Source of the DNA: Candidatus Bathyarchaeota archaeon
GTDB taxonomy: Archaea; Thermoproteota; Bathyarchaeia; Bathyarchaeales; DTEX01
Length of the DNA stretch: 64,000 bases
Assembly (NCBI GenBank): GCA_963714275.1
Contig: CAVQNT010000006.1
Coordinates: 416,001-480,000, forward strand
Direction: 5' to 3'
In this document: piece by piece, positions 55,688 to 64,000 of the stretch
Layout: each line of letters begins with the position of its first letter
Numbering within the stretch: position 1 is the first letter of the stretch
Translations under genes and position numbers: made by a program
The notes under the pieces: generated by a model
What the model saw: only the letters and a program-made list of their open reading frames with translations
Databases searched by the model: none
What the model was told of the DNA's origin: nothing

Positions 55688-55760
55688 AATCAGATAAAGA
55701 TTTTTCATAAAATAATAGCTCAGCTTGCCTTTGTCAAACAAGTCTTAAAGAGGTGTCTTA

Positions 55761-56045
55761 TTATTGTGTCAAGGTTATTTCGATCGTTGATATGTTCCTG
55801 CTTTTACTTTCGCCTTCTCTCGGCGGCATCTCCTCCGTTCCTATGCTGATTTTGCTTACATTCAGTTCTTTCATGAATCTATGCCTCACTATTTCGGCTG
55901 CGTCAACAGCGGTGTTTATTGCTTGTCCTCTCGCCTTCAACGTAACTTCCTTAACGTTTGGTCCAGCGAAACTCGCCATGATCCCCAAAACATAACTCAT
56001 TGGCGGTTTCATGCCCACAAACATAACTTTTGGCTCACTAGACAT
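55761..56045 (-). CDS. albA: Alba chromatin/RNA-binding protein
   Basis: VGMKPPMSYV, KARGQAINTAVDAAE, IGTE, STIEITL. Confidence 0.93.
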   Translation of the reverse strand: MSSEPKVMFVGMKPPMSYVLGIMASFAGPNVKEVTLKARGQAINTAVDAAEIVRHRFMKELNVSKISIGTEEMPPREGESKSRNISTIEITLTQ

Positions 56046-56168
56046 GACTCTGACTTCCCAACCTGTCACTCTGATAATACAGCAGACGGCTCCGCTTTTT
56101 AAGCCTTCGCAAAGTTAGTTAGCTCACTTAACATTAGATTGCTCTGGTTCTTTTTTGGGTGTGGCAGA

Positions 56169-57179
56169 TTATTCATTTAGTTCGTTCCTAAGTTGCTTGG
56201 TCTTCTCGGATAGGAACTCAACGATCTTCTTGTTGTCAAAGTGCGCTAGAGGTTTACCGCATTTGGGGCATCGGAAAACGTGGTTTATTGCTTCCTCAAA
56301 GGGAAGGCGTCTACAACCAAGCGTGTAACAACTGTAGAAGTCGTGGTTCTTTTCGTATTCCAGTCTTGTCTCAAGCTTTTCAAGAATGTGTTTCTTTTGG
56401 TTTGTCAAGAAGCCTTCGATTTGGTCTGGTTGGAGCCTCCAACGAAAATTGAACCATCCTGTGTTCTTGTCTCGGGTTCTTTGTAGGACTACGAGGGAAT
56501 GATCATAAAGCTTGTAAAGGATCTTGCGAACCGTATTCAGTTTGACGCCGCTTTTAGCTGTAATTTCCATGTCTGTAGTTTCGTCTACATGGCTGAGTAC
56601 CTCAACTATTTTGACGGCTTCTTCACCACCCAGAACTCTTGCCACTTTCATTACAGTATCATGGTTCACAAGGTTTTGTCGCCAGCTCCTCCAACCTGTC
56701 TTTACAAGTTTCTCCCTGATTTTGGGTGCTTCAGCGACCCATTCTAGGAGTGTCCAGAAACGTCTTTCGTCTTTCAGCCTTTCCGGTGGTACGCCTGCTT
56801 CCACACACCATTTTATGTAGCCTTTCTCAACTCTCGTTCGGAGTTCGCCTGTGCTTTCCACTTCTGCCACACTGAATCCTCTATCCTTCAAGTATCTACG
56901 TAAGCCAAATAGAATGTGTCCAGAAAGAGCATGTGCCACTTTGAAATGCGTTTCCCCATCAGCCTGCATCGCATCAACGATCTCTTCAGCAATTTTGACA
57001 GCGTCATCCAGATACCGTTTATTCTCGAAATCTGGGGGCTGAAAGGATGAAGATGGAATCCTGCGTTCCATATATTCGTGGTCTGGGAGTTTTAGAGCTC
57101 CAATCACTACACCTAAGATTAGGTCTCCCCACCCAGCGCCATCTATTAAAATCTCGTTTTCTGACATAAGCAAATCCAA
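56169..57179 (-). CDS. RNase H-like domain fused to a transcription factor E alpha paralog
   Basis: N-terminal IDGAGWGDLILGVVIG; C-terminal half closely matches TFE at 61327-61846 (VRKILYKLYD, GWF, FRCPKCG). Confidence 0.8.
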   Translation of the reverse strand: MDLLMSENEILIDGAGWGDLILGVVIGALKLPDHEYMERRIPSSSFQPPDFENKRYLDDAVKIAEEIVDAMQADGETHFKVAHALSGHILFGLRRYLKDRGFSVAEVESTGELRTRVEKGYIKWCVEAGVPPERLKDERRFWTLLEWVAEAPKIREKLVKTGWRSWRQNLVNHDTVMKVARVLGGEEAVKIVEVLSHVDETTDMEITAKSGVKLNTVRKILYKLYDHSLVVLQRTRDKNTGWFNFRWRLQPDQIEGFLTNQKKHILEKLETRLEYEKNHDFYSCYTLGCRRLPFEEAINHVFRCPKCGKPLAHFDNKKIVEFLSEKTKQLRNELNE

Positions 57180-57330
57180 GTCCGAGACCTAAACTGCCAG
57201 AATTCTAGCTAGGTCCTTACCTTTCAATCGTGTTCGCTGCTTTACTAAATAATTGGGAACAAATCTGAAAAACCTTTCCTTTCTGACTTTGCAACTTCAT
57301 TCAACACTAGAAGAAAAAATGAGTAGTTAG

Positions 57331-57612
57331 CTAGGGAAGGCATTGTTTCAGCACTGAGCTAGCAGTAGCCAACCCACCATTTAAAAGAGATGACCGATGG
57401 GCTTCTTCCTTCTGACTACCAACGATAGCCGACCCGCCAGAAACCTCTTGATATGTTTCCCTGAGTAATTCCATTTGTTCCAAAATGTCTTTAACTAATT
57501 CAGAAACTTCTTCTTCAGTTAGTTCTATGGTGGAGAACGAGATTTCATTTGCATTAATGGAGACATCGAAAAGTCTTCCGTCTTCACTTGAAACATAGGG
57601 TTGGACTTTCAT
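57331..57612 (-). CDS. Small hypothetical protein
   Basis: 93 aa; overlaps the upstream gene's stop codon. Confidence 0.45.
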   Translation of the reverse strand: MKVQPYVSSEDGRLFDVSINANEISFSTIELTEEEVSELVKDILEQMELLRETYQEVSGGSAIVGSQKEEAHRSSLLNGGLATASSVLKQCLP

Positions 57613-57806
57613 GTTGTTGTCTCCTCAACTTCCCATTCATTTACAATATAGTTAATGTCTTGGTCTGTAATATCGTTAGGGTCTCTATAATGTTGATGTT
57701 CCTCTGCAAATTTATCCGCAGCATCCTTAGAAGCAAATATTTTCACAAGGTTTCTCGCATATCCCCGTCCTAAAGGACAATTACACCAAACAAGATATAT
57801 TCTCAC
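57609..57806 (-). CDS. Small virus-like protein
   Basis: MRIYLVW...LVKIFASKDAADKF...YIVNEWEV pattern. Confidence 0.55.
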   Translation of the reverse strand: MRIYLVWCNCPLGRGYARNLVKIFASKDAADKFAEEHQHYRDPNDITDQDINYIVNEWEVEETTT

Positions 57807-57809
57807 TTA

Positions 57810-58078
57810 TCAAACACTTCCTCGACTTTTAGAATTGCTAAATTTCTGAATTATGTAGCTAGCTGCTTCTTTGTTCTTATGGTGTTCCATGAGACAGATG
57901 GGATCACCAATCTTAAACAGCTTGTTGCATCCGTCGCATTGCTTGATTTTATCCTCGAGTTCTGTGTAGATGGAGCAGTGAATATAGTTCGTTACGATAA
58001 ATTCTCTGATTTCAGAGCAGATATTGTACCCGTCACACTTCTTCTTTGCCTCATCAGCTTCAGGTTTTTTGGACTCAA
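57810..58078 (-). CDS. Small Cys-rich protein (homopolymer frameshift near the start)
   Basis: GGAGG SD; KKCDGYNIC...HC...CDGC...IC. Confidence 0.45.
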
Positions 58079-58196
58079 TGTACTCTATCCTCCCAAGTTT
58101 TTCTTAAATCTCTTTAATATCTTTCGCGTATTTAATAATCAGAAGCGCGCTAAATTAAATTTACTAGAAGTCTTAATCTTGCTTTTAGTGGTTATT

Positions 58197-58571
58197 ATGA
58201 CCGAGATATCAGAAAGGAACAGGGAATGCGCACTCAAAGTTTTGGAAGAGTTAGGCTATGAAAAGGTGTCCATACCCAATTCTCCAATAATAGGGGCATG
58301 CTGTGACATAAGTATCAAAAAGGAAAGGAGTCTGGAGTTTTGTGTAATGTGCGAATATCCATATAAAGAATTTAAGAAATGGATGGGAAAAGGATCGCCA
58401 GAAATAAGTCTACAGGAAGTGCAAGAGCGATTAGGTAAATTGAATGGTCTCCTCAAAAAATGCATTGAACATGGTGGCAGCCAAAAAAAGAAAAAGGTTG
58501 AACAAACAAGACGGTTTCAAAAGGGTAAACAACCAAGATGGTTTCAACCCAAACTTCCCAAAGGTTTATAG
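58197..58571 (+). CDS. Hypothetical Cys-containing protein
   Basis: Likely true start of ORF 57879-58571 is MTEISERN, after a TATA-like box. Confidence 0.5.
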   Translation: MTEISERNRECALKVLEELGYEKVSIPNSPIIGACCDISIKKERSLEFCVMCEYPYKEFKKWMGKGSPEISLQEVQERLGKLNGLLKKCIEHGGSQKKKKVEQTRRFQKGKQPRWFQPKLPKGL

Positions 58572-58845
58572 TTTTTTTCATAAAAAAATGAACTGGTAAA
58601 AACAAAAAACACGCGCAATCTTTCGGAATCAACGATATTTTCATGTTAACCCAGTAACTTTCGAGAACGTCGTAAAAACCACGATTAAGTTTGACCCTGA
58701 CATTCTCGCTCCCTTCGAACTTGAAGTAGAACCAAAGATGGATAGTCTACAAGACCCTGACACGCGAGTAGCGAGGTGTACATTCTTCTCTTTTTATCAC
58801 TACGTTCTATAGAGTCTAATATGCAGACTGTATTAACTGCAGCGA

Positions 58846-58920
58846 CATCAGGTCTGTGATTTTAGGATCGTTCAGGTATTCCCTTTTCGCTTTCTATATT
58901 CTGGAAAGACTTTCAGTATT
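58846..58920 (-). pseudogene. cas1: Second Cas1 remnant (25 codons)
   Basis: NTESLSRI*KAKREYLNDPKITDLM versus KSERLSRNKMAKREYLNDPKTSDLM at 1722-1796. Confidence 0.8.
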
Positions 58921-59069
58921 TAATTTTAATGCACACACACAAAATTGCATCCCGCATCTTTTCTTCTTATGATGATCTTGGATGCTAAAGCGTTAAGTAG
59001 GTTTGTTAGGATAGATAGGAGAGAACAAGTTCTAGTCAAGCGAGAACCACCAAGAAATATAGAAAAAAA

Positions 59070-59260
59070 GAGAAAAGAAAAATGAAGAAATCAGCAAAGG
59101 AAAGAAAAAGAAGGGAAAGGGCTCTTAAAAGATGGAAGAAAAGAAGTTGGTTAACGAAGAGTCTAAAGAATAAGAGAATTTCTCTAGATCTAGTAAGGAG
59201 AAAAGCTGAACAAGAACAAGTAAAACCATAGTAAGTGTTAAATTTTAACCCCCAAACCCA
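59070..59260 (-). repeat. Right 191-bp inverted repeat
   Basis: Exact reverse complement of 53842-54032. Confidence 0.95.
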
Positions 59261-59450
59261 CACAGTACACTTGAAATTCTTTGCCATTGTATCCAAAATT
59301 AGCAAGTTTTCAGCTAACCATATTAAGTTTTTTAACTTCGTCATGGATAAGTTTAAAAGAGAGGGCAACGTCTCTCTGAGATTACGCAGGAAGCAAAGCT
59401 TCTAGAATTAGACTTTATTCTTGCAAACAAAAAATAGGAGTGAAAACAAC

Positions 59451-59605
59451 ATGGAAAGTCGTGAAATGCACAAAGCAGTTTGCGCCGAGTGCGGTAAAGA
59501 ATGCGAAGTTCCCTTCAAACCCGACGGCACAAGACCAGTATACTGCAGAGAGTGCTTTGCAAGAGAAGGCCCGCAAGATCAGATTTTGGCAGAAGAAGAT
59601 ACTAG
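59451..59605 (+). CDS. CxxC-x17-CxxC zinc-ribbon protein
   Basis: MHKAVCAECGKECEVPFKPDGTRPVYCRECF; the 1-bp deletion is corrected by the duplicate at 54519 (FAKRRPARSDFGRRRY*). Confidence 0.9.
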
Positions 59606-59796
59606 ACACCGTATACGCTAGTTATCAGCAAACTGAAGATTCATTTTATTTTTTTTCGTTTTCTCTTTTTTATATATTAAATGCACAGCTCATCCAGAAA
59701 GCTAAGCTTACTACAGGTATCACATAATTAATAACAGTGGGTAAATATTAAATATGTTTTGTACATTTGTTGGACAGATCTATGAGGGGATAAAGT

Positions 59797-60066
59797 ATGT
59801 CGAAGGTTTCTAGCGGTGTAGTTATTAGTCATAGTAGAGGCCCAAAAACTCAGAAGCCGAAAGAATATTTGATACAGTTGTCTGGTGTTAAATCAGTTGG
59901 TGAAGCAGGGCAGTTAATTGGGCGAAAGGTAGCTTGGCCACTTGGAGAAAGAAAATGCTTAGGAAAGATCGTTTCTTTGCATGGGAAGAACGGACTCGTT
60001 AGGGCTCGTTTCAGAAAAGGTGTGCCGGGTCAAGCATTGGGAAGTCTAGTGGAAATAATCGGTTAG
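59797..60066 (+). CDS. rpl35ae: Ribosomal protein eL33 (L35Ae)
   Basis: RGPKTQ, LIGRKVAW, GKI..HGKNGLVRARF. Confidence 0.92.
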   Translation: MSKVSSGVVISHSRGPKTQKPKEYLIQLSGVKSVGEAGQLIGRKVAWPLGERKCLGKIVSLHGKNGLVRARFRKGVPGQALGSLVEIIG

Positions 60067-60080
60067 TGAGCTAAGTCAGC

Positions 60081-60104
60081 TAAAATTTAATCCCCAAACC
60101 CAAA
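60081..60104 (-). repeat. End-motif copy, exact inverted match to 2051-2074
   Basis: taaaatttaatccccaaacccaaa. Confidence 0.8.
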
Positions 60105-60320
60105 AAAATACGCCATTAGGATAAGCTCCCTATTTTATATACTATTGCAAAGTACATTTAATACAGTTAATGTGAGGGGGCTTGAAGCAGGGCGTGCTGA
60201 AACGCTTAAGATTTTCGCGAAGAGCTATAGGCATTGCTAGCTAGTTTTCCGCTTTGAAGAATATAATTGGACATCATAAATTTTAAGAATCCCTTGTTCA
60301 GATAAACCAACCAGTGATGC

Positions 60321-60785
60321 ATGTTGAAAAACTTGGAAATTAAGGTATTGACTCCAAAAAACTTTAAGAAATATGGACGAATCCTCTTTCCGACTGAAGA
60401 AGAAAATAAAACAATACATGACCATTCAGTGGCCTACATAGTGCTCGAAAAAGCCGTCTCAAAAGGCTGGCTGATGTCCCATTATTCAGTGTCAAAAAGG
60501 TTCACGGACATCATGGAAAACCATCCCAACACCAAAGAAACTTTTGAGCCACTTTGCGGAGCATCCATCATAATCTTAGCCCACGGTCCAACGCCCGAAA
60601 ACCCCGAAGCTTTTCTGCTCGATAAGCCCGTTGTGCTGTACGAAGGCGTGTGGCACGATGTTCTGGCGCTTTCGGAAAACGCAACAATGCGGATAAACGA
60701 GAACACTGAAGTTCAAAGTGTTCGCCAAAAACTCTCGTTCACAATCAAAGCTAAACTATGCACGGAAACAAACAAAAAAAGATAA
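60321..60785 (+). CDS. Ureidoglycolate lyase-like cupin
   Basis: LTPKNFKKYG, MENHPNTKETFEPL, GVWH. Confidence 0.7.
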   Translation: MLKNLEIKVLTPKNFKKYGRILFPTEEENKTIHDHSVAYIVLEKAVSKGWLMSHYSVSKRFTDIMENHPNTKETFEPLCGASIIILAHGPTPENPEAFLLDKPVVLYEGVWHDVLALSENATMRINENTEVQSVRQKLSFTIKAKLCTETNKKR

Positions 60786-60806
60786 ACTTCAAACACCAAT
60801 ACGAGG

Positions 60807-61334
60807 CTACCTACAGAGTCTCATCATTTCTTTATGGAGACTCAGCACTCTTTCGGCTGAAGGATGGTCTTCGCCCAGCCTATTTTTTAGCTTCTGAACC
60901 GTCTGCCTAATCGGAACCCTTGTCTCACCTTCGACAAGTTTGTCCGCATAAGTCACAATTTTCTCCTCCAAAGTATGCGGAATATACGTTCCTTCAGGCC
61001 AACCGAACTCGCGGGCTTCGTCGTCGCTGATGCCACCGCCGAGATGTCTTTCGATGATGTTAGCCAAACTGTCAGGTAAATCCTGTGAACGTGCAATTTT
61101 GGCTCCAACAATCGGATGGTTGATGCCGTGAGTTTTAGCCCGACCTAAGTCATGCAGAAGCGCACCGATATGAACCAAATCAACATCGACACGAGCTCCG
61201 TTATTAGCACATTTCTTTACCATCTGGACAGCAACCTTCGCCACAGCTTCACAGTGACGAACAACATTCGGTGAACAACCACTTTCCTCAAGAATCCTAA
61301 TGGCTTCCTCCGGAGAAGGAAGGGACTTACTCAC
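60807..61334 (-). CDS. HDIG/HD-domain metal-dependent hydrolase
   Basis: HCEAV, LLHDLG, H..VGA, ERH, YADK. Confidence 0.9.
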   Translation of the reverse strand: MSKSLPSPEEAIRILEESGCSPNVVRHCEAVAKVAVQMVKKCANNGARVDVDLVHIGALLHDLGRAKTHGINHPIVGAKIARSQDLPDSLANIIERHLGGGISDDEAREFGWPEGTYIPHTLEEKIVTYADKLVEGETRVPIRQTVQKLKNRLGEDHPSAERVLSLHKEMMRLCR

Positions 61335-61846
61335 CTAATTCGCTCCTTATCTGTTCGACCTTTTTGGATAGAAACTCTATTATTTTGCTGTTGTCGAAAT
61401 GCATCAAGTGATTGTCGCATTTTGGGCAACGGAAAACGTATTCGGTTGCTTCTTCGAACGGAAGCCGTTTGCACCCCACTGTTTGGCAGAAATAGAAATC
61501 ATGGTTCTTCTCGTAGTTCAGCCTAACCTCGAAGCTTCTCCAAAATGTGTTTTTTCTGGTTTGTTAGGAAACCGTCGATCTGGTCAGGCTGAAGTCGCCA
61601 GTGGAATATGAACCATCCCGTGTTTTTGTCTCTTGTCCTTCTCAGCCCCACAATAGAGTGGTCGTACAGTTTGTAAAGAATCTTACGAACCATGTTAAGT
61701 TTAATTTCAGTTTTGGCTACAATCTCCTCGTCCATGATCTCGTTAACTTGGCTGAGAACCTCAACAATTTTTACTGCTTCGTCGCCACCAAGGATTTTGG
61801 CAACCCTAATCAACGTTTCATGGTTCACAAGGGCCAACAGAATCAC
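61327..61846 (-). CDS. tfe: Transcription factor E alpha (frameshifted)
   Basis: Winged helix VRKILYKLYD..GWFIFHW and zinc ribbon FRCPKC; canonical neighbourhood. Confidence 0.92.
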
Positions 61847-61928
61847 CGATGCTCTTGCCTAATGACATCGTACAATAATGGATCTTTACAAACTTAAACT
61901 AATCGCCAAAAAACACAAAATTACCAAA

Positions 61929-62472
61929 CTATAGGCTCGTTTTAACGACCTTTTTCCCTTTAGCTTGAGGAACAATCTTATTCTCAGCACTTTCATGTTG
62001 TTTCAAAAGTTCTTTTCCTTCGAATAATTCATGCAAAAAAACACCCAATGCGCTTACCTCAGAGTGGGGTTGAGAAGTCACCGAAACATTCCAGTCTGCC
62101 AGGCTCATAAGCAGATCCGGGAACTTTGGCACCTCCAACAACAATGAACTTGTTCTTCAGGGAAACCTTTATTTCGTCAATGACTTCCTGCACTGGCAAC
62201 CCATACATCGTCAAATGTATAATGTCTCCGCCACCGTGTTTCCATTCCTTAACTGTCTGCTTCCAATTATGACAAAATTTAACCTCGAAGCATCCGCCCC
62301 AAGACTTGTTCACTTTCTCGACGCTTCTTTCAACTTTTTCGTCGCGTTCTCCACTGTAAAATACGCCGTCCGCCCCAAAGGCTCTAGCTGCAAGAAACAA
62401 ATGCGTCGTTACCCGTTTGTCGCGTTCAGACCTGTGGTTTAACCTGAGAACCCAGATTTTCGGTTTGTCCAA
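61929..62472 (-). CDS. trm56: tRNA (cytidine56-2'-O)-methyltransferase (frameshifted)
   Basis: RDKRVTTH..ARAFGA, HLTMYG, VGGAKVP, QPHSEV. Confidence 0.92.
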
Positions 62473-63727
62473 GTCTAAAAACTCCGCCTAGCTTTTCCGT
62501 GTCGTATCTAATTTTTTCCGTTATTTGAGGAGACGCGCCAAACGCGACATTCACGAAGCCTTCCTCATACTCTACGTTCTGCACTTTAGCATGGTCGTAA
62601 ATCCAAGACAAAAGTGAAAGCGACTTCTCTGTTGTTGGCAATGTGACGAAAGAATACATGTAATGAATCAAGTTTTTGTTCATTTCATTTTCCAAAAAGT
62701 CCAAATTTGTTCTGTAAAGCGCGGAAATTGGCACAATGCTTGTCAAGCGGTCTTTCAGATTTTCCGTTCTTTCATTCAAAGTCTCAGCCGAGATCAAGTC
62801 AATCTTGTTCAACACAGTGATAATTGGGACGCTGCCTGCGCCTATCTCCCGAATCGTGTCGAGGCAGCAAGACAATTTTCTTTCAATCTCGTCCTGAGGC
62901 TCGCTAACATCGACGACTAACAGTATCAAGTCGGACAAGATCGTCTCCTCCAGAGTCGAATAGAAGGCTTCCACAAGCGTTAACGGAAGGTTGTCGATGA
63001 ACCCAACCGTGTCTGTTAACAATATTTTCTTATCATGGACGTTGATGGCTCGGGTCGTGGTGGAAAGAGTCGTAAACAAACCCACATTCACGGGCACATT
63101 CTCCACAGCAAGGGCGTTGAACAAGGTGCTTTTCCCAGAACTCGTGTAGCCCGCCAGAGAAGCAGATTGAAAACCTTGCTTTTGCCTTCTGGTTCTGTGC
63201 AGTCTTCTAGTTTTTCGTATGTCTCGAAGTTTTTCCTCGATGTTCAGAACTTGGCGTTTAACGCTATCGTGGTAAACGTCCACCTCGTATTTGCCTAAAC
63301 CATGGAAGCCCGGCTGTTCGCCTAACCTTGTCAGCCTCACCTTTTGCCTTGCGTGGGCAAGCTCATGTCGCCATCTTGCTAGTCTCAATTTGGAGGTTAG
63401 CCTCTTCTGTTGAAGCCCTTTTCTGGAAAATCTCGAGGATCAGTTGAAGCCTGTCTATTACCTCGACGCCGACAGCTTTGGCGAGGTTGTAAACCTGAAT
63501 AATCTTCAGTTCGTTGCCAAAGACTATTTTTTCAGCGTTAAGCTCTTTAGCCATTTCTGCAAGTTCTTCTACTTTTCCGCTGCCTATTTGAAAACGTGAA
63601 CTGGGACGGGTGACCTGTTCAAGTGACCCAACTACCTCGTATCCTGCTGCTTCTGCGAGGGTCTTTAGTTCGTCCATGTGGGATTTTTCAGATTGGTCTC
63701 TACGGTTAACTATGATTGCCCTCGTTA
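62426..63727 (-). CDS. hflX: GTPase HflX (frameshifted)
   Basis: GSGKVEEL, DRLQLILEIF, GYTSSGKSTLFN, FTTL, DTVGFI, NKID. Confidence 0.93.
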
Positions 63728-64000
63728 CTTTTGGCTCCTCCTCTTAGCTTCCTTCAACTTCACTATTTCACCTAAAGTCACGCCTTTGCTTGTCAGAACA
63801 GAAGGAAGAGGAACCTTAGGCACAACAAGCGGAACCAGCAGCTTAATTCCCAAAGTGTGCTCCATGCTTCTCTGAGACCTTTTGGTCCGGCACCATTTTC
63901 TCGTTTTCAATCTTCTTTAACACAGAAACTTTTTCAGCGATCTTTCTGCCTAAATCTTCGTGACTTAAACCCATCTTTTCTCTAGTTCGTCTGATGAGCG
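63725..64000 (-). CDS. mbf1: Multiprotein bridging factor aMBF1 (3' part)
   Basis: IRRTREKMGLSHEDLGRKI.EK.SVLKKIE...TLGEIV; position upstream of hflX. Confidence 0.85.

Larger units (their letters stand above)
53842..59260. mobile_element. Candidate 5.4-kb element bounded by 191-bp perfect inverted repeats
   Basis: 53842-54032 is the reverse complement of 59070-59260 (checked base by base); contains a Cas1 remnant; no target-site duplication seen. Confidence 0.6.

Noticed and set aside
57879-58196. 5' part of the 230-aa ORF 57879-58571
   Set aside because: It overlaps a better minus-strand ORF with an SD site; the likely start is 58197.
58640-58812. Open stretch VNPVTFENVVKTTIKFDPDILAPFELEV
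   Set aside because: Looks coding but has no start and I cannot assign a family; BLASTx would be needed.
59036-59368. Hydrophobic 110-aa ORF (and the similar 38229-38489)
   Set aside because: Translation of low-complexity repeat tracts or the antisense of real genes.
2051-60104. A single 58-kb element bounded by the 24-bp inverted match
   Set aside because: The interval is mostly core genes and holds several other copies of the motif; a dispersed repeat family is simpler.
2106-63727. Mass pseudogenisation or programmed frameshifting (about 30 split genes)
   Set aside because: Essential genes (ileS, nop5, tfe, pyrD) are hit by 1-bp indels, often at homopolymers, and the duplicate at 54519 shows the intact reading of one such site; sequencing error is more likely.

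Overview
Archaeal chromosomal segment, most likely Bathyarchaeia (TACK), inferred from fwdBD/ftr/cofE, CdvA-like, FtsZ, eL13, eL35A, Alba, TFE, Nop5/fibrillarin and SRP RNA. About 30 otherwise conserved genes are split by single-base indels, often at homopolymers. This pattern fits uncorrected long-read errors better than pseudogenisation. The core blocks cover C1/cofactor genes, tRNA synthetases and modification, pyrDK, the DAP-lysine operon and mbf1-hflX-trm56-tfe. They are interrupted by three accessory zones (about 1-2.1 kb, 31.4-38.3 kb and 51.7-60.1 kb). These zones share two remnants of a solo Cas1 (no CRISPR array, cas2 or polB seen), a dispersed TG-rich GGGG(G/A)TTAAAWTTTAA end motif, and an iterated palindrome TAGCTSAGCTAGC found at gene-fragment breakpoints. 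The main finding is a 5.4-kb unit (53842-59260) bounded by perfect 191-bp inverted repeats. It carries information-processing genes (CdrS-like RHH, SSB, Alba, an RNase H-like::TFE fusion) and a Cas1 remnant, and is a candidate Cas1-associated, casposon-like gene-capturing element. All protein calls come from motif recognition by eye; no database searches were run.
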